Below, one piece after another: positions 52,227-62,683 of a DNA stretch of 64,000 nt (its first letter is position 1; each line of letters begins with the position of its first letter). The translations under genes and the position numbers were made by a program. The notes below the pieces were generated by a model. It had not been told where the DNA came from, did not search any database, and saw only the letters and a list, made by a program, of their open reading frames with translations. Source of the stretch: an uncultured Acidobacteriota bacterium (GTDB taxonomy: Bacteria; Acidobacteriota; Terriglobia; UBA7540); contig CAWDSK010000002.1 of NCBI GenBank assembly GCA_963804995.1, positions 544,001 to 608,000 on the forward strand, given 5' to 3'.

Positions 52227-52823
52227 TCACTTTTGGGAGGGTTGGGCTTTGCGGAGGAATTGTTCAAAGGCCCGGCGGGAAGCGAGTTGCCGCAGGAGTT
52301 GCTGACGTCGCGCGGCTGGCATGGTTACCCGTTGTAACTCTTCGCGCCGGCGGCTGAGGTAGTCGAGCCACGACCCGTACTCAGGACCGAAGCAAGACTC
52401 CAGTTCTTTTCGCAGGCGTGAGGCAAGCTCTGGACTCGCGCCTCCCGTCGAAATGGCGATCTGCAACTTTCCCCGTCTCAGAACCGCAGGGTAATAGAAA
52501 TCGCAGTTGCGGGGATCGTCCACGGCGTTGCACAGGACGCCGCGCCGACGGGCTTCCTTGAAGATGACAGCATTTGTTTCGTGTGAGGATGTGGCGGCCA
52601 CCACCAGGACCATCCCGTCAAGGTCACGCGCGGCGAATTTCCTCTTGCGCCAAATGATTTCGCCCGATTTCGCGAGTCGCTCAACGCCCGCTGTCGCCTT
52701 CGGCGAAACCACCATGACTCGCGCTCCCGCACGCAGAAGGCTCTGGAGCTTGCCTTCTCCCACGCGCCCTGCGCCGACTAGCAAACACGGTCGTCCTTCG
52801 AGCTTGAGAAAGAGTGGAAACAT
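52227..52823 (-). CDS. Precorrin-2 dehydrogenase/ferrochelatase (SirC/CysG N-terminal/Met8)
   Basis: FPLFL.LEG..CLLVGAG.VG, NAVDDP..CDFYYPA, ISTGGASP. Confidence 0.9.
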   Translation of the reverse strand: MFPLFLKLEGRPCLLVGAGRVGEGKLQSLLRAGARVMVVSPKATAGVERLAKSGEIIWRKRKFAARDLDGMVLVVAATSSHETNAVIFKEARRRGVLCNAVDDPRNCDFYYPAVLRRGKLQIAISTGGASPELASRLRKELESCFGPEYGSWLDYLSRRREELQRVTMPAARRQQLLRQLASRRAFEQFLRKAQPSQK

Positions 52824-53016
52824 ATCCGGCCTCTCGGCGATAGTACCATGGGCGCGACGGTCCCTGAACCTTGGGATTGACAAGCGTTCATTACCCTTCA
52901 TAACCCCTTATAAAATGATATAAGGTGTTGATTTCATGGAAGATGAAGAAGATGCCATGATTCCCGAAGTCCTATGTGACTGGATTCTCCCGATCGTTAT
53001 GAATAAAGAGGAGAGA

Positions 53017-53093
53017 TGGTCGGGGCGCCCAGATTTGAACTGGGGACCTCTTGGTCCCGAACCAAGCGCGCTACCAGGCTACGCTACGCCCCG
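53017..53093 (-). tRNA. tRNA-Pro(CGG)
   Basis: 77-nt cloverleaf; anticodon arm CTTGG-TTCGGGA-CCAAG; ends CCA. Confidence 0.95.
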
Positions 53094-53176
53094 ACTTAGG
53101 GAACAGGGGACAGTTTAGAGGAAAAAACCGAAGTAACCTTAGTCTTTCCTGTAACCTGTTCCCTATTACCTTAACA

Positions 53177-53253
53177 TGGTCGGGACGGCCAGATTTGAAC
53201 TGGCGACCCCTTGCACCCCAAGCAAGTGCGCTACCAGGCTGCGCTACGTCCCG
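53177..53253 (-). tRNA. tRNA-Pro(GGG)
   Basis: 77-nt cloverleaf; anticodon arm CTTGC-TTGGGGT-GCAAG; ends CCA. Confidence 0.95.
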
Positions 53254-53311
53254 TCACAACCATCTGCGCCGCCCACAAGAACCTTTCCGTGGTCACGCGC
53301 AATTCTTCACG

Positions 53312-53722
53312 CTAGCACTTCCGCGAAAGCATTGTCAATAAGGTCTGCAACTCTTGCCGGATGGCTTTAAGTTGCGCCACATCGAGAGGCGATTGGAATA
53401 GATGGGTCTGCGCCGCGGGATTCTTATCATTGCTCGCCAGATGCTTGCGCGCCCCTTCGATGGTAAACCCCTTTTCATAGAGGAGCCGGCGAAGTTCGAA
53501 TATCAGCTCCACATCTTTGCGGCGGTAAAGCCGGTGCCCTGACTTGCTCTTGACCGGCCGCAGTGAGGGGAATTCCGTCTCCCAGTAACGCAACACGTAG
53601 GCCTTCGTCTGGGTCAGCTCACTGACCTCTCCGATCCGGAAATAGAGCTTGTCCGGAATTGCCACATCGGCTGTGGGATTCGGGATCAAGCGTGCGGCGC
53701 GCGTGGCGCGGCCTCGGGCCAT
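53312..53722 (-). CDS. MerR-family regulator
   Basis: [30 protein letters not shown]; precedes tRNA-Pro. Confidence 0.9.
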   Translation of the reverse strand: MARGRATRAARLIPNPTADVAIPDKLYFRIGEVSELTQTKAYVLRYWETEFPSLRPVKSKSGHRLYRRKDVELIFELRRLLYEKGFTIEGARKHLASNDKNPAAQTHLFQSPLDVAQLKAIRQELQTLLTMLSRKC

Positions 53723-53803
53723 GGTGAGCCTCAACCTGCGGTTCTACTGCCGTCCAGCCATCTTAGAGAACCGGCCGATGCACGTCAAGCGTGCCCCATT
53801 TTT

Positions 53804-53913
53804 GGTAGTGGTTCAGTTTGATGTAGAGGTGGCGGCATTCATCCCGACCTGATCGGGACGCAGCCAATTGGCGAAGGAAACTCGCCGCTACAAGATCAAA
53901 CTGTACCACTACC
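53804..53913. mobile_element. 110-bp MITE with GGTAGTGG ends and REP cargo
   Basis: TIRs match 18/19; flanks CCATTTTT / CCATTTCC (eroded 8-bp TSD). Confidence 0.7.
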
Positions 53914-54076
53914 CCATTTCCCGCCTTCTGCCAGGAGGTGGGAGCGGCTGCCCTCCAAGACTGACCGAAGTTTTACGAGTTGTTACCTGAAAACTGGACC
54001 ATGCGCTATACTCTCCCGGTTCAAGAACCCGCGCGGAGTGTGCTTCTGCGCTATCGCTGTACTTGAAAGGTCAACT

Positions 54077-55274
54077 ATGGGAGCCCGACCCTCCAAATTA
54101 CTCTGGGTATTCTTTCTTGCCTATTTCACCTTCGGGATGATGTACGTGCTGGGCGCGCTCACCCCCGACGTTATCGCGGAGTACAGTCTCAGCCGTTTCG
54201 CGGCGGGACTCCTCGGGTCGGCCTTCTATTTTGCCTACACACTTTGCGCGATTCCCACCGGTCTGCTCATGGACCGGCTGGGCGGCCGCCTCTTAATTCT
54301 TTCCGGCGTTTTTTTGATGGGCCTGGGTTGCCTGGTGGTGTCACGTGCCCACAGTTACCCGCTGATTCTGGCTATGGTCTTCGCCGTGGGCGTGGGCGTG
54401 ACGATGCTCCAGACCAGCGGCAACCCTCTCATCAAACAACTCAACATACCGGCGAACTACGACCGCAACCTGACGATCACCATCGGATTTGCGGGGTTCG
54501 GGCCGTTCTTCGCGCCGTTCGTGCTTGCCTACATTCGCAGCACGGGGCGCCCCTGGCAGGCACTCTATCTGTTCTTCGCCTTCTTCTGCCTGGGAGTATT
54601 GATCCTGCTGGCAGTTTCCAAGTTCCCGCCCCGCGTCCAGAGCAGTGACCGCATGCAATTGGGAAAGGTCGGGCAGTTGCTCCGTAATCCGCTCATCATC
54701 GCTTACATGTTCGGCATCTTTTTTTACGTGGCGGCAGAGGTCGGGACGGCGTTCTGGATTCCCAAATTCTTTGAGGACGTGCACGGCGTGCCCGCGGCGG
54801 TAACCGCCAGCAACGCCGCCAGTTTATTTGCCAGGGCCTTCCCCAGTCTGCCGGCGTTCATCTTCGCGCTCTTCTGGGGACTGCAAGGCACCGGGCAGGC
54901 TGGTGAGCGGCGCCGTGTTAAAGAAATTCGGAAGCCGGAATATTCTCCGCGTTTTTTCGGTCATGGCGCTCGTCTGCCTGCTGGTTGCGACCTTCGGGTC
55001 GAAGACCCTGACCGCGGTGGGATTTGTCGCCTGTGGTTTCTTCACTTCGGTGTTGTTCACCCTGATCTTCAGCGGTACGATCAACAGTTTTGCGGAGAAT
55101 CACGGCACCATCTCCGGGCTGCTGTGCACGGCGGTCTTGGGAGGCGCGCTGATTCCTCCGCTCGAAGGCTTAGTGGGCGATCATCTTGGCATGCGCATGG
55201 CCATGCTGGTCCCCGCGCTGTGTTTTGCCTACGTGGCGGGCCTGGCCTTTTGGGGCCGCGCTAAATACCAATAG
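54077..55274 (+). CDS. FucP-like MFS sugar transporter with a frameshift at about 54894
   Basis: LQTSGNP, FFYVAAEV; C-terminal helices continue in the 54828-55274 frame. Confidence 0.8.
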
Positions 55275-55495
55275 CGGTTTTGGGGGCAGTGGCGCCATCA
55301 GATGATGTGGAGGCGGCTTTAGGCTGACATTTGGCGAGGTAAACTCGCCGCTACGCCTTTTGGGGCCGCGCTAAATACCAATAGCAGTTTTGGGGGCAGT
55401 GGCGCCATCAGATGTAGAGGCGGCTTTAGGCTGACATTTGGCGAGGTAAACTCGCCGCTACACCTTTTGGGGCCGCACTAAATACGAATAGCGTT
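55246..55495. repeat. Tandem duplication (periods 110 and 107 bp) of the gene end plus a REP hairpin
   Basis: CCTTTTGGGGCCGC.CTAAATAC.AATAGC at 55246, 55356, 55463. Confidence 0.85.
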
Positions 55496-55518
55496 ATGGG
55501 GAAGGGAGTCGACTGGTT

Positions 55519-56511
55519 ATGGGGAAGTTAATCATCGGCATCGACGTGGGCGGAACGAAAGTGGCGGGGGGGCTGGTCACGCTGAAGGGGCGGCTGGTGG
55601 AATCTCAGATTGTCCCCACATACGCCGAGAAGGGGTTTAGCAAAAGTTACGCCCAGATCGTCCACCTGATTGAGCGTCTGGTTCGCGCCGCGGGGGGAAA
55701 GCACAACCTGCGGGGGATTGGCATCTGCGCGCCCGGACCGCTCAATCCCAAGACGGGTGTGGTGATTAATCCGCCTAATCTCTCCGGCTGGCGGAATGTG
55801 GAATTGGCGAAGATGGTTGAGAAGCGATTCGGCCTGCCCGCCAAGGTGGAAAACGATGCCAACGCCGCGGGACTCGCGGAAGTTCTGTTCGGCGCCGCCG
55901 TGGGTTTCAAGGATGTCTTCTATGTGACGGTGAGTACCGGTATCGGAACCGGAATTATCATTAACGGAAAGATCTATCACGGCAAGAACGGTGTGGCCGG
56001 TGAAGGCGGCCATGTCTCCATCGATTGCCACAGCCCTTACCGCTGCGGCTGCGGGACACTGGGCTGCATTGAAGCGTTGGCGGCGGGCCCCGCCATGGCC
56101 CGGCGGGCGCGCGTGATGCTCGAGCAGGAACACAACCTGCCCAGCGCTCTGCGCGATATTACTGCAGGCCACCTGGAACAGATTACTCCGCTCATGATTG
56201 AGGAGGCGGCGCGCCGTGGAGACGCAGTGGCGAAAGCCGTCTTGAGCGACACGGGTTTCTACCTGGGGGTGTGGCTGGCCGGCATGATCACGCTTTTCGA
56301 TCCCGAAGCCATCGTGATGGGGGGCGGTGTTTCCAGAATCGGCAAGCCCCTATTTGATAAGATCAAAGAGACTATACCGCAGTATTCCATCAACCGCCTT
56401 TTCGCCGTCAAGACCCCCCTACTGCCCGCCAAACTCCAGAAGAATGTCGGCGTTTATGGCGCGGCCGCAGTCTTCCTGCCGTCCGGGGAAGAAGCTGAGA
56501 CAGGGGCTTGA
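55519..56511 (+). CDS. ROK-family sugar kinase
   Basis: IGIDVGGTK, ENDANAA, GEGGH, CGCG..GC.E; no HTH. Confidence 0.9.
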   Translation: MGKLIIGIDVGGTKVAGGLVTLKGRLVESQIVPTYAEKGFSKSYAQIVHLIERLVRAAGGKHNLRGIGICAPGPLNPKTGVVINPPNLSGWRNVELAKMVEKRFGLPAKVENDANAAGLAEVLFGAAVGFKDVFYVTVSTGIGTGIIINGKIYHGKNGVAGEGGHVSIDCHSPYRCGCGTLGCIEALAAGPAMARRARVMLEQEHNLPSALRDITAGHLEQITPLMIEEAARRGDAVAKAVLSDTGFYLGVWLAGMITLFDPEAIVMGGGVSRIGKPLFDKIKETIPQYSINRLFAVKTPLLPAKLQKNVGVYGAAAVFLPSGEEAETGA

Positions 56512-56576
56512 CGCAACTGTGTGACAACTAAATGCGGAAGATGATCGGCCTAGAGGGGATTTCTGACCACGAGCCT

Positions 56577-56757
56577 GGTAGCCGCGGCGACACCGTGGCT
56601 ACCTGCTAATGGTTTTTGAATTCCTGGAATTCTCAAACACCCACGTGACCCCTCACCCGTCCCGCCCCGGCTGATGAAAACGCCGGCGGCGGTCCACCCT
56701 CTCCCCTCGGAGAGGGCTAGGCATCGTAAGTCCCAGCCTTCTCCCAGGGGAGAAGGT
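56577..56757. repeat. REP cluster (reduced family B plus family C)
   Basis: GGTAGCCGCGGCGACACCGTGGCTACC; CCCTCACCC...GGAGAGGG. Confidence 0.7.
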
Positions 56758-56812
56758 GTGCTACTCCGCGCGAAATCGCGGATCAATTTGCGAGTTTCGA
56801 ATTATCGTTTCT

Positions 56813-57232
56813 TTAGCCTTTGAGCAGTTCCACACCGGAAGCCCTGGCCGCGGCACGCAAGTTCTTATCCAAGGTTGCGATAGCCACTCCCTCAACCTGA
56901 GCGAGATCCAGGTAGGCAGCGTCATAGGAGGAAAGCTGGTGCTGGCGTGCGAGGCGGGCAATGGACGAGTAGCTGCGTCCGATCCCGTCCAGGTCAACCG
57001 CAATGGGGAGGTCTTTGAGGTCGGCAATAAACGTGTCTAGTTGCGCAAGTGTGATGGCCTTTTGGCGTGCCGCCACCACCAGGCTATTAACCATCTCGAA
57101 CGGCCAGAGGGCCGGCGCCAGCGCCTCATCTCCGCCGGCTAGACGGTCGAAGACGGCTTCGGTATACGCCGTCTTTTGGCTCGGGAAATACCAGCACAGC
57201 GCGACTGACGCATCCACGACAAAACGTGTCAA
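56813..57232 (-). CDS. vapC: PIN-domain toxin
   Basis: VVDASVAL.W, E..NSL, YDAAYL, ATLD. Confidence 0.85.
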   Translation of the reverse strand: MTRFVVDASVALCWYFPSQKTAYTEAVFDRLAGGDEALAPALWPFEMVNSLVVAARQKAITLAQLDTFIADLKDLPIAVDLDGIGRSYSSIARLARQHQLSSYDAAYLDLAQVEGVAIATLDKNLRAAARASGVELLKG

Positions 57233-57474
57233 AACCGCCGCCCCTCCTCAATCAAGCGCCGCAGAGTGTAACCCTTGGGCAGGTGGGCATCCTTACGCGT
57301 CTGCCGAATGTGCTCGATCACCTCTCGCGGGGCGCGTCGCGAACGCCGGCTGACGGGCACCAGCATGGCGACTTCCTTACCGCGCCGCGTGATCATGAAC
57401 TCCTCGCCCTTCGATGCTCTTTCCACGAGCTCGGAAAGGCCGTTCTTCGCCTGAAATAATCCTACACTGTGCAT
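57229..57474 (-). CDS. Phd/YefM antitoxin
   Basis: AKNGLSELV....GEE..ITRRG..VA.LVP. Confidence 0.85.
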   Translation of the reverse strand: MHSVGLFQAKNGLSELVERASKGEEFMITRRGKEVAMLVPVSRRSRRAPREVIEHIRQTRKDAHLPKGYTLRRLIEEGRRF

Positions 57475-57624
57475 ACACCCGATCCTCTTTCGAATAATCT
57501 AGCTAACAGTCTAGCTGAAAAGACTTCTTACGGTCAAATCTGCTTTGGGTCGAAGTGGGTAGCACTTCTTCAGATGCGCCCCCGCCCGCCGAAATAATGT
57601 TACAGCACATGCTTTTCATATTAA

Positions 57625-58533
57625 GAGCTTATCCGTAAATACTTATTGAAGTCTGCTGCAATTTGATGCATGATTATGACCCAAGATGCCGCAGATAAAA
57701 TCTTGGGAAGTATCCGACGAGTTTTGGGTGAAAGTCGAACCGCTGATTCCGGTTCGACAGCGGTCGAAAGGCCGAAAGTATAGGCGGAAGCCGGGGGGTG
57801 GGAGGAAGCCAATGCCGGCGCGCCGGATCTTCTCGGCCATTGTGTATGTGCTGCGCACGGGATGTCAGTGGAAGGCCTTGCCCAAGGAATTCGGCAGCGC
57901 CAGCGCGGTCCACAAGCATTTTCAACAGTGGCACCGGGCGGGTTTCTTTCTGGCGCTCTGGCGGTCGGGGCTGGCCGAGTACGATGAGCTGGAGGGCATT
58001 GCCTGGGACTGGCAAAGCATCGACGGAGCGATGGTGAAAGCCCCGCTGGCCTTGACTTGCGTGGGACCCAATCCCACCGATCGGGGAAAAAAATGGGCGC
58101 AAGCGAAGTTTGTTAGTCGACGGGCGTGGCGTCCCACTATCGCTCGCCGTCAGCGGAGCCAACCTGCATGATGTGAAGCTGCTGGCCACCACCCTCGACC
58201 AGGTGGTGAGAGCGCGACCGGCACCGCGACCGAGAAAGCCCCAGCACCTTTGCGCCGATGCCGGTTACAAGGGATCCCGCGCTCGGCAAGCGGCCACGAA
58301 CCGCCACTACCGGCCGCATATCAAGCAACAGCGAGAAGAGATGGAAGCAAAACGTATCGTCCCCGGTTACAAGGCTCGCCGATGGGTGGTCGAGCGGACC
58401 CATTCCTGGCTCAACCGATACCGCAAGGTGTTGGTGAGCTTTGAAAAGACCGAGGAAAGCTACGTCGCCCTACTAACCTTAGCCGCGGCCATGATCTGCT
58501 GGCGACAGACAATTATTATTTACGGATAAGCTC
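57625..58533 (+). mobile_element. IS5-family insertion sequence (909 bp)
   Basis: TIR GAGCTTATCCGTAAAT; TAA duplicated at 57622-57624 and 58534-58536. Confidence 0.92.
57686..58529 (+). CDS. IS5 transposase, two ORFs joined by a probable programmed -1 frameshift
   Basis: YVLRTGCQW..LP, IDG; GGGGAAAAAAA at about 58083; ADAGY, RWVVERTHSW. Confidence 0.9.
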
Positions 58534-58957
58534 TAAGAGCCGCAGAGTGTGAAAGGACCACACTCTGCGCTACCCTGGCAAAGTCTCAATGGGTTCCAGG
58601 GCGACCCCTCACCCGTCCCGCCCCGGCTGATGAAAACGCCGGCGGCGGTCCACCCTCTCCCCTCGGAGAGGGTGGTTTGATTTCCAACCTTCTCCCAGGG
58701 GTCGCAGATCCGCCGTGGCGGGAGAAGGTGCTGAGGTACGAAGCGGATGAGGGGTCTCGAAGTCGCGCCTTTCAGCACTCGTCCCAAAATGTTTGCTAAA
58801 AAAACAAGGGTTTACGGTATTGCAATGCAGATTCTCGTGCTCTCCGAGGCTCTGCGGCTCTTCTTCAGATACGCCCCCGCTCGCTGAAATGATGTTACAG
58901 CGCATGCTTCTCATCTTAAGAGCCGCAGAGTGTGAAAGGCATACACTCTGCGCTACC
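58534..58957. repeat. REP cluster (family A-related arms and family C)
   Basis: CCGCAGAGTGT...ACACTCTGCGCTACC twice; family C at 58603-58756. Confidence 0.75.
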
Positions 58958-59012
58958 ACGCTACCACGCTTGGGGAGGAATCCCAGCTAGTGATGCTGGT
59001 CAACGTTTCGAG

Positions 59013-61262
59013 TCAGGAAGCCTGCAGCCAGGATTCGATGGTCCTGGCTTTTTCCACCTCCGGGCAGACCTTGAACTGAAGCCCTTCACTCGCCCCCGAC
59101 TGTTTGAAAATCCCCAGAGCGTGTTCGTAAAGCGAAGCTAGTTGTGATTCCGGCAGGGGTTCGCCTCTGGCGTCGGTTGCGTTCAGGAGCCAGCAGCGAC
59201 GCGGGGCCAGGCAACCAGCGAGGTCCGGCAAATCGAAGTGCTTCAAAACCCCGTACAGGAACCAGGAAACGTGCAGATAGTTCGCGCGGGACTCGACGAT
59301 GGAGCGATACGTGGCGATGGGGCTATCGAGCAAAACCGAGTGCAGTCGATCGTCCATCACGCCTGCCAGCAGGACCGCGAGCGCCGCGCCGCCTTGGCCA
59401 AGCCCGTAGATGCGAGTGCGGTCCACGTCCGGTCTCGACTGGAGATAATCGAGGCCACGGAGGAAATCCCACACGCGCTGGCCCAGGAGGGGTTTACCCA
59501 AACAGAAACAGGTCCAAGGGTAGAACTCCTGGAGATTTTGGGAGCGATAGAAATAGGGGGGCGCCGCCGGATATCGTGGGATGCAGTCCCCGAGGTTACG
59601 TAAATCCACGGCGCATAGAGCGAACCCCTTTTCCACCAGCGCCGCGATTTCCGACCTCTCGTCGAGGACCTGATTCCGGTCTCCCTCTGAAACGTAAAGG
59701 ATGGTGGGAAATGGCTTGCTGCCGTGGGCGGGCTTGAGGAGCCAACCGGGCACACGGATGTAAGGTTCGGAGTGAATCACGAATTCCTCGATGACCACAT
59801 CCTTCCGCGCACCCGAGGAAATAGTCCGGGGATCGAGAGCGGTTCGCTCCGTGGGAAGGGCGAGTAATTCCTCGAGCGTGCCGCGCGCCCGTTCCCGGAA
59901 AGCCTGGGCGTCGGCCACCGTACTGCCCAGGGGATTCGCCGGCGCCAAGGCGCGCAGGTGGTCAGTGTTCAGTTGGACGATGGAGCGCCCGCCGAGTGAG
60001 GTCAGCACTTGTCCGGTGGTCGTGCAGTTCAGGGCATCGGGCGCCGATTCGTCAAACGCAGTTTCTTCGGTTCCCCAATCTTCACGGCCCAGCCAACGGT
60101 TGAACCATTCGCACGCGGCCCGGCGGCTGAAGAAATCGTAATCGTGGGGCAGCGCCTTGGTGTAAAGACTCACCTTTTCGACGGCGCCCATCAACCGATA
60201 GGCCGTTTGCAATTCCGCGTAGACTTCCTTGTTCCCCTCGGTGAACGTGGGAGAGTAGGTCGTTCCAGCGTCGGAAGGGGTGTAGCAAATCAGCAGGGGT
60301 TTGGGCGCAAAAGCCAGTAGCAGATCGCCGCGGTCGATGCCTTCCGGGAGGCTGCCGGGAATGTTCTGCTCGGAGTCCGCTACGGCGCCAGGAGGGGCAT
60401 AGGACGGCCCCGCAAGATTCTCGGTGTTCCCGTCCACCACCACGGCAGCCTGGAGGCGCGGCTCGAGCCCGGCGAGGTACATGGTCATCGTTCCGCCACC
60501 CGATTGCCCCGTGCAGCCGATGCGCTCTGGATCGACTTCCGGACGCGAGAGAAGATAGTCCAGGGCGCGGATCCCGTCCCAGGTTCGATATTGGGCGAAC
60601 CCTGAGCCCAACAACAGCATTGGCCGCCCGGCCAGCCAGTGTTCACCGCCCGGCCCATCGTAGCGGAGCGGCCCGGGAGTCGAGCCGAGGAACTGCCACC
60701 GTTCACCCTGCCCAAAAGGATCGTAGGTCAACACCATATAACCCTTTCTTGCAAGGGTCTGATTCAGGTATTGATAAACTTTCCAAAGCTTGCCGTTGTC
60801 CGGATGGCCGAGCGGGGAGATGATTCCCGGAAAGGGTGGCTTGCGCCGCTGGGGAACGTAGAGATGGGCGGTAACGAAAACCTCCGGTTGGCTCTCGAAA
60901 ATCACCTTTTCAATTCGATAATCGCCGCGGTCGATCAGGCCCACAACTTGCGGCCGGAGGGGAGTCTTCTCAAACTGGCCGCCCAGCAGCCGCCAGACCG
61001 TGGAACGGATTTTCTCAATGCGCTTTTGGACGTCAGCCCCGCTCCGTAAGTTTTGAAGTTCAGAGAGACGCCGCGCCCGCGCTTCGTTCACGTGTGCTGT
61101 AAGGTAGGCGGGCCAATCGTTCCAATACTCGTTCGCAGCGGGTTCGTGTGGAATCGCAGCCTGACTTGAGGTGCGAGAGGGAGCGGCAAAGGCGCCGGCC
61201 CCTGTCGACGAAACCGCCAGCCCCGCCACATTCGTTTGCAGGAATTTTCGACGTGAGAGCAC
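59013..61262 (-). CDS. Two-domain acetyl xylan esterase-like hydrolase with Tat-like leader
   Basis: GTG start after GGAGG, SRRKFL, GQSGGG, DGIRALDYL. Confidence 0.8.
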   Translation of the reverse strand: MLSRRKFLQTNVAGLAVSSTGAGAFAAPSRTSSQAAIPHEPAANEYWNDWPAYLTAHVNEARARRLSELQNLRSGADVQKRIEKIRSTVWRLLGGQFEKTPLRPQVVGLIDRGDYRIEKVIFESQPEVFVTAHLYVPQRRKPPFPGIISPLGHPDNGKLWKVYQYLNQTLARKGYMVLTYDPFGQGERWQFLGSTPGPLRYDGPGGEHWLAGRPMLLLGSGFAQYRTWDGIRALDYLLSRPEVDPERIGCTGQSGGGTMTMYLAGLEPRLQAAVVVDGNTENLAGPSYAPPGAVADSEQNIPGSLPEGIDRGDLLLAFAPKPLLICYTPSDAGTTYSPTFTEGNKEVYAELQTAYRLMGAVEKVSLYTKALPHDYDFFSRRAACEWFNRWLGREDWGTEETAFDESAPDALNCTTTGQVLTSLGGRSIVQLNTDHLRALAPANPLGSTVADAQAFRERARGTLEELLALPTERTALDPRTISSGARKDVVIEEFVIHSEPYIRVPGWLLKPAHGSKPFPTILYVSEGDRNQVLDERSEIAALVEKGFALCAVDLRNLGDCIPRYPAAPPYFYRSQNLQEFYPWTCFCLGKPLLGQRVWDFLRGLDYLQSRPDVDRTRIYGLGQGGAALAVLLAGVMDDRLHSVLLDSPIATYRSIVESRANYLHVSWFLYGVLKHFDLPDLAGCLAPRRCWLLNATDARGEPLPESQLASLYEHALGIFKQSGASEGLQFKVCPEVEKARTIESWLQAS

Positions 61263-61330
61263 AGCGCACCTCCGGGGCTGTCCAAATCGTGAGTGACCCT
61301 GGCGGCTTCGCCGCATGAAAATGCGCGCAG

Positions 61331-61444
61331 CGCCTTGGACTGCGGTCGCAGCAGCTACCGCCTTCTGCTTGGAGTTCATACGGCAAGTGCGCAAAGGGTG
61401 GAGGAGAATGGCGGTAGCTGCTGCTCCCGCACTCCAAGGTGCCT
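61331..61444. repeat. REP doublet (GGAGTGCG-related)
   Basis: CCTTGGACTGCGG..AGCTACCGCC / GGCGGTAGCT..CCGCACTCCAAGG. Confidence 0.7.
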
Positions 61445-61494
61445 TCCGCACAAATTTTCATGACAGCCCCCGCGAAAACGGAAATTCCCACCGT

Positions 61495-62571
61495 TTAAGG
61501 TCCAAAAACCAAGAGCGTAAACGAACCGGGCAGGGGCGCCGGGCGGGGGTGCGGATGGTCAGCCGAAGCGGGGGGGGGCGGTCCGAACTCCGCTGTCACT
61601 AGGAAGATATGATGCATCTTAGTATCCAGCGCCATGGTACGGGCGCCACGCTGAGTTGGAACGCTCGCGACCACCGTGAACTTATTGGGGGAGTCCTCAT
61701 GCACGACGGTCAACGTGCCCTCGCCGTTGGAGCTGAAGGCAAGCTGAGTTTCCGGGTCGAAGCCGTTAGCGTCCACGCCCTCGCCGATGGCCGGTGTGGC
61801 CACAACTTTGCCGGTCGAGGCATCCATGACCGCCATCATATGGTTGTCGCAGCCGCTGAAGAGCCGCTCATGATGAATGTTCATGGCCATGCCCGAGGGT
61901 CCTTCGCAGGGGGCGAGCGGCCAGCGCGCTGTGACCGTCAACTTCTGCGAGTCGATCCGGACAACTTCGCTCTTGTCTTCCAGGTTGTTGTAGATGTGAC
62001 CGTGACCGTCGGCGACGGCGAACTCCGGTTTCCCTCCCAGAGGAACGGTTCCCGCTACTTTTCCCGTAGCGGCGTCTATGGCCGTGGCATCGCCGCTGTG
62101 ACCGTTGAGGGTGAAGACGCGCTTTGAGGCGGGATCGTAAAGGATTGCGTCCGGCCCTGTGCCGACCGCCACGGTCCCCAGCGTCTTGAGCGTGCGAAGA
62201 TCGAAAATGGTGACGGTGTTTGAGCGGCCGTTGCTGGTGAAGCCACGGTTGAGCTCGGGAGCCAAGGCGATGCCGTGGACGCCATCCGTGCCGGGAATGT
62301 CTCCCACCACGGCGTAGCTATCCGCGTCGACCACCATCACGTGCGTGCCCCGCGAGATATAGACGCGCCGCGCCGCGCTGTCGCAGATGAGGTAGTCCCA
62401 ACCTCCTTCCCCGCCCAGCGCCACTTTCTTCAACAAATGGTAATTGGCCGCCGGGGCAGCGTTATCGTGACCGGGGATAGCGGCGATGACCAGCAACGCC
62501 AACAGGATGGCGAAACCTATCCTCACGACCGAAAGGTTTCTAACGGCTCGTCGAGCGATGCGTATCTGCAT
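61495..62571 (-). CDS. YncE-family beta-propeller protein
   Basis: GGWDYL, GVHGIA, PDAI, GKPEF, GARTM. Confidence 0.85.
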   Translation of the reverse strand: MQIRIARRAVRNLSVVRIGFAILLALLVIAAIPGHDNAAPAANYHLLKKVALGGEGGWDYLICDSAARRVYISRGTHVMVVDADSYAVVGDIPGTDGVHGIALAPELNRGFTSNGRSNTVTIFDLRTLKTLGTVAVGTGPDAILYDPASKRVFTLNGHSGDATAIDAATGKVAGTVPLGGKPEFAVADGHGHIYNNLEDKSEVVRIDSQKLTVTARWPLAPCEGPSGMAMNIHHERLFSGCDNHMMAVMDASTGKVVATPAIGEGVDANGFDPETQLAFSSNGEGTLTVVHEDSPNKFTVVASVPTQRGARTMALDTKMHHIFLVTAEFGPPPPASADHPHPRPAPLPGSFTLLVFGP

Positions 62572-62683
62572 AAATCCTCCTTGGGGGGAACGTCATCAAA
62601 CTAGCATGGCCCGACGTTAACAGCAAGCGGCGGAGTATGAAGTTTCCGTAAATTTCTCTCGTACGGGAAACTGCGCTTCACAC

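Noticed and set aside
53017..53253. Prophage or island integrated at tRNA-Pro
   Set aside because: No integrase and no separate duplicated tRNA 3' end seen in the window.
48722..55274. sat and the FucP-like transporter as true pseudogenes
   Set aside because: Single homopolymer indels in otherwise intact genes; a sequencing error is more likely.
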